Positions 55,587 through 63,750 of a stretch of 63,750 bases of DNA are shown in pieces. Each line of letters starts with the position of its first letter. The first letter of the stretch is position 1. The stretch is from the NCBI GenBank assembly GCA_965649765.1, contig OZ287755.1:65410001-65473750 (forward strand), given 5' to 3'. Source of the DNA: Bispira polyomma. Its lineage: Eukaryota. The notes under the pieces are model-generated. The model was not told the origin of the DNA. It did not search any database and saw only the letters and a list, made by a program, of their open reading frames with translations. A program made the position numbers and the translations under genes.

Positions 55587-57193
55587 GTAGGGCGATAATA
55601 GAGTATGTAAGGCTGAAATTAATAAAAACAAGAATAGCCTTTAAAAAAGACATGTCGGAGGGAGGTGAAGGACGTTTTAGTTAAATCTATTATACACTAA
55701 CACTTTTACAGGTCTATTCTGGTTCCGAGTGACATTTCAGGCTTTAGTAGTAACCATTTCATTTAGCGATTTGACATATTTTCTAATTAGGTAAGCTGTG
55801 ATGCGTTATTTTTAATAAAGGTATGTTACCTTTTTCAACGTAAAACATTGTAGTTGTGCACCAATTAATTCTTTCATTTTTCTGATGAAATTATCTTGTA
55901 TCAGACCACCTATTATAAGAGAAATATATTAACCATAAATATGAGACAAATAGAACATTAACCATAAAAAACAAGGTATATGTTTTCATGAATATTATAA
56001 ATAAATCTACACCCCTTAAATGGTTCATCTTATACCCGTGGCATGCCAGCAACATGGCAGCCCCCCAGCTAATGCTTACGTTAGAAGGTAGTCAACCTAA
56101 ATAGCACAAACCATTTTTGGCCATGTTTTAAATTGGCTAATACATACAAAAATAGCAGAGTTGGCAAAGCAATCATATAAGTACGTAGGACGATAATATA
56201 GCATGTTAACAGTGGTTGCTCAAATGACTTAGTTGGAATAACTGTATTTCTTGTTGTTTAACTAACTCTTGCATTAAAATAGTTTTTTGTTTCTTTTTTA
56301 TCATCGTCACCAGGTTAACATATAAAAACTACTGCACCAATTTCAAGTAATTTGGTTAGGGAATTGGACATGGGCCCAAAAATCCTTTTCATTTTATAGC
56401 ACATCTTGAATAAAGGACTTACTCAAAATATTTTTCTGGTGTTTTTTATAAGGCATCGCCTGATATAGATTTCACTCTAAAAAGGGCACGGCCGTGTTGG
56501 AAATATGTATTGCCTTCATGGATTGGTTGAAATAAATGAACCAAGCAAAACAAAAGGGGTATCAGATTTATATTATCAGGTGATTATCAGGAAAAACTGG
56601 GAAGCGTGAAGCGAGGAAAGTCTCTGATGAATCAATGGAGCCCAGGTCCGACTAGTGCAGAAAGAGTATCTGTTATTTCACTATAGGAATAACCAATGAC
56701 ATAGCTCGCTATACGGCAATTTTTACCATGATTGGAGGCGTAGTAACACAAAGGTGAAGCCTGAGTGTTTCTACGTCTCCTATTCTAATATGACAAATTA
56801 AAATTATTTCTTGGTTCCACCTTTTTTACTGCATAATTGTGTAAATGAAGGAACTATATTCACTGGGCATCCAGTACTTTACAGACAAAATTAGTCTATT
56901 TCCGTCTATGGGTATACAGTAATTTTTACCGATGCTGTCGGCCAATCAGAATCGCGGATACAGCCGTTTCATGTTAGAATCTTCTTTGAAATACAATTTT
57001 TTGCCGAATTGAGGGGGATGTCACTCATACACTGTGCACCAGCCTCTTTTTCAAAAGACTACTCTTGTTTGCCCTGTGGCTCCTTGGCAGAGGTATGCAC
57101 TTCAGTGAAAATCTTTCTACTTGTCATTAAGTCTTGCTCTCCATACAAGAGTATTGTCTCTCTTTCTATTTATTGTTGCTTTGTCTTACTCAG

Positions 57194-57282
57194 GGTTTGG
57201 TGTGTACAGGTGGGGAGATTCACAGCTGTGGCCTCAGGAACTTACCCAGGAGAGACAGGGTGTCCAACATTACATTCCTTAG
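57194..57282 (+). CDS. Coding exon 4 (GLVCTGGEIHSCGLRNLPRRDRVSNITFL-R), read in a different frame from the ORF-track ORF
   Basis: Acceptor TTTGTCTTACTCAG|, donor AG|GTAAAG. The 89 nt convert phase 0 to phase 2, exactly as the next exon requires. Confidence 0.82.
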
Positions 57283-58465
57283 GTAAAGTTTAGCAATTAT
57301 GTAGTTCAGTAAGAAATAGTAATAGAAGCTCTGATGTCTAATGAAGATGTCCTCTATGACGTATTAGTTCAGACCTTAGTTCAGTGATAAGAGTGATTTA
57401 AGGTGCAATGTATAACTGGAGACTTACTCTGACATAGCTGTAGATATATTGTTTATGCAGTTTAGTGTACCACTAACTGAAGTTTGGTAGTATAGATCTC
57501 TAGAAGCAAAACCACTAACACACAAAAACCAGTATGGAACACAAATGTACAGAAAGCATTACAGCAATACAGACCAAGATACTAATAACACATCCACAAC
57601 CATCTTTAGTTTTTGCCTTTCAAGCTAGCACGGTTTTATTGGTTGAACCAATATGAGCAATAGCAGATATGAATAGTTCAGTTGTTTATAGTTAACCATT
57701 TTGAACTGGTTACATACACCTACAATTTGTCACTTTAACTTGGTGGACAAGACACTGGTTTTAGACCATGGATGACCTGGCTTTTATCCTAAGTAAAGAC
57801 TCATAAATGAATCGTTGATTGTCCTCTGATGTTGGGTTGGCTTTGATATAATCACCGACTGACAAACCTGTTCATCCTAAAGTTTCTTTAAGGTCAAAAT
57901 GCTTGTATTATTGCATATACATTGTAAACTACATAAAAGTAAATAACTTGTATGTGTTTGTGAGATATTACTTAATAGCCACCAAATTTGTCGCTTCAAG
58001 TAAACTGATTGAATATCCAACCTAGAGTGTTTCCATGGTGATGTGTCAATTTGAGTGGTGTATCTATTTTGCAAAAACTGCATATTAGTAGCCAATAATT
58101 GTTGTAGAATAAACCAACTGTGTATGAACAATATTTTTTTGTTTTTTAAAATACATAACACTTGAATGATACAGTTATAACACCACATTCAGTTCAGCCG
58201 AAGGGGTACTTTGGTGTGTATAGTGATCAAAGTAGTTATTAAAAGTCTGGAGGGGCCGCGGTGGCCTACTGGTTAAAGTCACTTGCTAATCATCATTGCT
58301 CTCTCAGCAATGTGGGTTCGAATCCCGTCCCTTCATGTGGGAAAAGTTTGTCAGTTATAGTAATTTAGCGATGGTTTCTTCCACTATTAAACTGTTGAAA
58401 GCAAAATAAAACCCAACTAAATTCCAATTCACAGAGCCTGATGATTTTATATATTCCTGTTTTAG

Positions 58466-58596
58466 ATACATGGTATTTGACCCAGAAGGCTCAGACCATT
58501 ACCGGTGTCAACAGCCAAAGAGTACCACCTCCTACACCTTCCTGGGCTCCTATTACTACGCCTATATCAAAATAGCCTCCTGTCCTCCGCCTACTG
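58466..58596 (+). CDS. Coding exon 5 (YMVFDPEGSDHYRC...YYYAYIKIASCPPPT)
   Basis: Acceptor TTCCTGTTTTAG| phase 2, donor G|GTAAGT phase 1. Confidence 0.88.
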
Positions 58597-59133
58597 GTAA
58601 GTATGACTTAAACTTTGATACCTGGGCTCTTATTACTACACCTTTATCAACATAGCTTCCTGTCTTTCTCCTACTAGTAAGTAGGAGTAAAACTTTGGTA
58701 AAACTTAGGTAAAACTTTGATCTATCACAAATATCATCACAAGTAACTAAATATTCACATATATGTTACATATATTTTATACATAACAGAATGAATTAAC
58801 AAAGATATAACAATAGTGATAGAATGTATAACCTTAGACGAATTTCATGACTGTACATTTTTATTACTTTACTACTCAGTATAAAATGTGAATTGTGCAT
58901 TTATCATATAGTAACACATCATACTACAGATAAAACCCTGTTGTCCGAACATGTTAGGACAGCAAAATTTTGTTCAGATAAAAAATAGTAAATAAATTAG
59001 AAGAGGCATTTTAATATAAAGTAATAGGAAAATATTAAATTGGAAGAGAGGAAATGTCTTCATAATTTGACCATTTGGATAAGAGAAGTGCAGATAAAAG
59101 AAGTTCCACACTATTAACTCCTCTTCCTATTAG

Positions 59134-59625
59134 ATTCCAGAATGTTTGGTCACCGTGTAAAGTTACGCCCAGAGAGTGATGCAGATGGTAACATGGTGAT
59201 CATTCCCGATCCAATACAGACTGCTCTTGCATCGGGCGTTGTGATTGGCTGGCAGTTGTACGCCAAGATCATATCATTCCAACATGAAGTCTTTCTTCAG
59301 GTGTGGCGCAAGAACCCCGTGGATAGCGGGCGCTATATTCTGGTGTCCCAAACAAAGTTCAAACCCACCAGTCTCCGCTTAATGGAGCTAGCCTATACTA
59401 AGAGAGAGGACTACATCCTTCTAAAGAAAGGGGATCTCCTGGGACTATACTTCACTCAGAAGAACCCCATCCCTTACTCCAAGGTGCCATGTGCCTCAGA
59501 AGACCACAGGTCTCTGGTGATGGAAGACACTCCACGAACGATGGAACCGGGCAGAGCCTACAGATTTGCACGTGTACCTTATGGCCTAAATGCCTGCAGA
59601 CAGTACTCCTTTACAGCTATACTAG
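59134..59625 (+). CDS. Coding exon 6, single-exon beta-rich extracellular domain (DSRMFG...GWQLY...LQVWR...YILV...GDLLGLYF...CRQYSFTAIL)
   Basis: Longest ORF in the window with raised GC. Acceptor CTCTTCCTATTAG| and donor TAG|GTAGGA; symmetric phase 1-1, 492 nt. Confidence 0.93.
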
Positions 59626-60560
59626 GTAGGAGTGTGTTATGATTATTTGGGTTATGGGAGATACAGCTATACTATGTAGGATTACATAATGATTGGGTTA
59701 ATAGGAGATATACAGCTATACTGGGTAGGATTACATAATGATTGGGTTAATAGAAGATATACAGCTATACTGGATAGGAGTACATTATGATCGGGTTAAT
59801 GGAAGATATACAGCTATACTGGGTAGGACTATATTATGATTGGGTTAATAGGAGATATACAGCTATACTGGGTAGGAGTACGTTATGATCGGGTTAATGG
59901 AAGATATACAGCTATACCGGGTAGGACTATATTATGATTAGGTTAATAGGAGATACAGCCATACTAGGTAGGACTATATTATAATTAGGTTAATAGGAGA
60001 TACAGCCATACTAGGTAGGAGCATATTAGGATTGGGTTAATAGGAGATACAGCCATACTAGGTAGGAGTAGATTATGGTTGGGTTAATAGGAGATACAGC
60101 CATACTAGGTAGGAGTAGATTATGGTTGGGTTAATAGGAGATATACAGCCATACTAGGTAACAGTAGATTATGGTTGGGTTAATAGGAGATACAGCCATA
60201 CTAGGAAGGAGTAGATTATGGTTGGGTTAATAAGAGATACAGCCATACTAGGTAGCAGTAGATTATGGTTGGGTTAATAGGAGATACAGACATACTAGGT
60301 AACAGTAGATTATGGTTGGGTTAATAGGAGATACAGCCATACTAGGTAGGAGTAGATTATGGTTGGGCTAATAGGAGATATAGCCATACTAGGTACGAGT
60401 AGATTATGGTTGGGTTAATAGGAGATATAGCCATACTAGGTAGCAGTAGATTATGGTTGGGTTATTCGTAAGTATAGCTATATTGGGTAGGAGTACATTA
60501 TAATTGGGTTTAAATTTATAATTTACTGCTATACTAGGTATGAGGGCATTATAGTTGGGT
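59612..60560 (+). repeat. Intronic minisatellite, 47-49-bp unit, about 20 copies, beginning inside exon 6
   Basis: TACAGC(C/T)ATACTAGGTAGGAGTAGATTATGGTTGGGTTAATAGGAGA; period 47 measured at 60001/60048/60095. Confidence 0.95.
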
Positions 60561-61143
60561 TAATGGGTGAATATTTGCAGGCAGTACCCATTTATAGACA
60601 TTCAATTTTTCAGTGCATTATGATTGGGTTAAAATGGTAGTTGCAAAGGGAGGTGATATTTGCAGGCATCACTCATTTACAGCTATACTAAGTTTTGGGG
60701 GTATTTGCAAATTCTTTTTCAGTTTTAATGTAAAAAGATTAATATAGAGTATAATCTTTACTTGGAAATTAACTTTTTAATGCCCAAGCTCATTTGCCGA
60801 AATAGCCAAAGTTATTTAGGAAAAATTGTCCACGTGTGACCGCATTCTCGAAAGATTTCAAGCTCAACAAGCTGAAATTGAAAGTCCAGATATCTCTGGC
60901 TGGAGTTAAGTTAAGTAGAATATGAGTGCATATTTGAATTCAGAACTGAAAGCTCTATTAAAATGAATGGTCACAAGTATAGGTCATCTGCATATACAAG
61001 GACTTTTACATAGCCTTCATTTGAGTTAAGTCTGAGTTTCTGTCCAGAATACGCCCCTGGACATGTTTTAAGATTTTTATGGTGAGTTTATATAAATACT
61101 AAACCCTGCCATATGCACATCTATTCCTTTTTTTTTATTTCAG

Positions 61144-61421
61144 CTAACAAAACAGGGACTAAGTTAATAGAGGACTGGCAGTGCCCTAATGACCCTCCAG
61201 CCGATGGCCATATATCTAAAGACTACCTGCTACTGGAGAGTTCCCACCAGGCCTCTCCAGAGAGTTATCGGCCTACTGTACCTAGCCAGCCAGTAGAGGA
61301 CCCCAAAGACCCAGCAGACATGGTGCTACCTATTGAGTATATACTGGCCATCATCGGAGGACTGTTATTACTCATGACATTTATAGGAGGAATCTCTTAC
61401 TACAGGGCCATCAAAAGCTGA
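61144..61421 (+). CDS. Terminal coding exon: Pro/acidic stalk, transmembrane helix (ILAIIGGLLLLMTFIGGIS), short tail YYRAIKS*
   Basis: Strong acceptor (T-run)ATTTCAG| phase 1, a hydrophobic run of ~20 aa followed by basic residues, TGA at 61419-61421. Confidence 0.92.
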
Positions 61422-62223
61422 AAAAGAAATATAATTTAACATCAAAGGCTGAGATTGGAAATTATGTCATCATCTTATATCTAATCTAATAGTTTTTATG
61501 GCACTAAATATTCTCTCTAAGAATTTGAATTTAGTTTCGTTTAAAACTTAAGTCACTTTCAACAACTTTGATAATATTGCAACATCAGATTCAATGATGG
61601 AACAAACCCGTGCTGAAGCAATGCAAACCACTGATCTATTACACGTACCTGACAAACTTTCCTACATGAAGGAATGAACAGGATCCACATCCACATTGGT
61701 GAGAGGCTAGTTATTGTGAAGCAAGAGTATATTTGAATTTGGTTTATACGTCGCTTTCATTCACTTAGATCATATCAGCTAAATTTAACGGTGGAGGAAA
61801 CTAGTGCTGAAACAATTAAAATCACTGGCCTACAGCAAACACATGAGAAGCTTTTCCGCATGAAGGAATGAACAGGATTGAAATTCATATTGGTGAGAGA
61901 CCAGTGATTCTAAAGCAGGCGTTTCTAACCTCTAGGCCATCATGATCCATCTTTTCCCTAAGAGGACTCAAAACGGCCATGACATTCTACTTTTAGGCAA
62001 AAATATTCATAATAGAATGGGTATAGCCAAGGTCACCAACAAAAAAGTTAGCATTCACAGCCAAGGGGAAATTAGGGCTTACATATTGAATTGGGTTGAA
62101 AAATGTCAAATGGAGCCAAATTTGAAACAGCTTGATAATTGTTTATAAAAAGTAAATAATCCTAATAATCACATGCTACCTATATACTTGCTATCATTGG
62201 TGATTGCTGTTACTCATGACATT

Positions 62224-62229
62224 AATAAA
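62224..62229 (+). promoter_or_regulatory. Candidate polyadenylation signal AATAAA
   Basis: First canonical AATAAA I find downstream of the stop codon; usage not demonstrated. Confidence 0.3.
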
Positions 62230-62817
62230 GGAAGTATCTTACTGAATGATGGCAGTCGACTTGCTTGCTGTAGATTGGGGTTTATAAGACATAAATCTTG
62301 ACCAACTATCCAGTTCTAATTTCTTCCACCAAAAGAAAAACTGTGTATTGTGGCATCATGTAAACGTGTTGAAAGCGATGTTAAACTGAAAACTAAACCA
62401 ACCACAGTACCATTAATAGCTGATAAGTTAGATCATACCTGTAAATGAACTTTAGAACATATATTCTGTATTGCTATCGGTGTCATTTCATGATGTGACA
62501 CTTAAATATTTGTGATAAATGTAATGTAAAATTAATGTAAGATTAATGTAAACTTCATATATGATTAATGTGAAATGTATGTAAAATTTTTGTAAGGTGA
62601 ATGAAAGATAAATGTAAAATATATATAAGATTAATGGAAGATTAATGGCATTGTTGCTGACATTCAATGCAGGATAATTTTAGTTAAAGTCTCAGATACT
62701 CTCACATATATAGCAGCCTGGATGAAGGCCAAAACGTACATTGTGTCCTTGGTAAATAAGGTTCAATACCATTGAGGACAAGGTAATCAACAGTCAATGT
62801 TCTCTATAATGCTAACT

Positions 62818-62900
62818 GGGGGCTTCAGTGGTGTAGTGGTAACACATTTGCCTCCCACCTTTGCAGTCACGGGTTTGAATCTCTCTGCCCTGGTGTGTTT
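62818..62900 (+). mobile_element. tRNA-derived SINE head, family C (related: ~10110-10186 -, ~48382-48610 +)
   Basis: GGTGTAGTGGTAACACA..GCCTCCCA...GGTTTGAAT(C) with A and B boxes, shared among three loci; no complete cloverleaf. Confidence 0.65.
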
Positions 62901-63750
62901 GTGATAAAGTAGTATAAGTGATGAAACTAGGAAGTCTAAAGAACAGGGATTGTATTCACAAAATATCTCAGTCCTAGCTTAGGCGTAAACTTACAATGTA
63001 TGTCTGCAATAGTTAAGATTGTCTACTCCTATAATCACTTCTTACTGCCACTGGGAGTAAGGTCAAATATCTTAACCTTGTTCGGCCAAAATCAAAATCT
63101 TAAGATTTAGTTAAGACTAAGACATTTTGTAAATACTGCCACAGCAAACCTTAACTTATGCTTCGAGACATGACACAAGAAGTATTGAAAGCCTAGTTTT
63201 AAACGCAAACTATACTCAAATTAGGAAGTGACCTGTCGGATAATAATATTTACCTTGTCAGAGAAGTTGGATCAATCCCACTATTAGTTAAACGAAATGT
63301 GACATAATAATGTATATATTGAAAACATGGTGCTATATTTTAATGGAAAGAGTTTTGCCATTTATGTACTGCTTCGATTCTAATAGATTAACCTGTCATA
63401 GTTTTTCATACATTTGTTAGAAATAAGCAAACCTTCATTTAAATTGTAAATGGGCTACAGAATAATTCTTCATTCTTATATTCTCATTTATTTATGTTAA
63501 TTTACCATTTGTATATCATTGATTTGTCTATGATACCAGGCAAAGGTTTAATACTGTTATATAACCGAAATTATATTAGGCAGACTTTGAGCAGTACAGT
63601 TTTAGTTTAATTAATTTGTTTTTCTTTTCTCCAGATAACATTTAAATTCTTTTTACATGTCAACTATTTATGTATAATCATAATGGATTCGTACATGTTA
63701 TGTTCATTCCATTTGCTACTACGTGTATTATTGCTATTTTGTACATGTTT

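Noticed and set aside
57009-57293. ORF-track frame VGRFTAVASGTYPGETGCPTLHSL as exon 4 (acceptor at 57209)
   Set aside because: It ends in phase 1, incompatible with the phase-2 start at 58466; the 57194 acceptor has the better pyrimidine tract and the correct phase.
37697-60560. Regular repeats (34, 53 and 47-49 bp) as CRISPR arrays
   Set aside because: Head-to-tail units without unique spacers, no cas genes, eukaryotic intron context.

Overview
AT-rich eukaryotic genomic DNA with spliceosomal introns and animal-type SINEs, LINEs and MITEs; a marine invertebrate such as a mollusc is plausible, but that is inference. The 5' half (1-33 kb) has no supportable protein gene. It is built largely from three tiers of local non-coding tandem duplication: ~5-6 kb units at 1-12 kb, ~2.5-3.3 kb units at 16.5-26.3 kb, and an old island-like duplication at 28.6-33.2 kb. 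The 3' part carries one + strand spliced gene that the ORF track only shows in fragments. Seven coding exons (41555-41597, 53522-53694, 55362-55586, 57194-57282, 58466-58596, 59134-59625, 61144-61421) join with matching phases into a 1431-nt ORF (476 aa). The predicted product is a type I membrane protein: signal peptide, a divergent domain opening with a fibrinogen-like motif, a second beta-rich domain, a Pro/acidic stalk, a TM helix and a ~7-aa tail. Unusual points are a GC-donor versus shifted-acceptor ambiguity at one intron, and degenerate downstream copies of the 3' ends of the last three exons, including a ~20-copy minisatellite that amplifies a splice donor. No database searches were possible, so family names rest on motifs recognised by eye.
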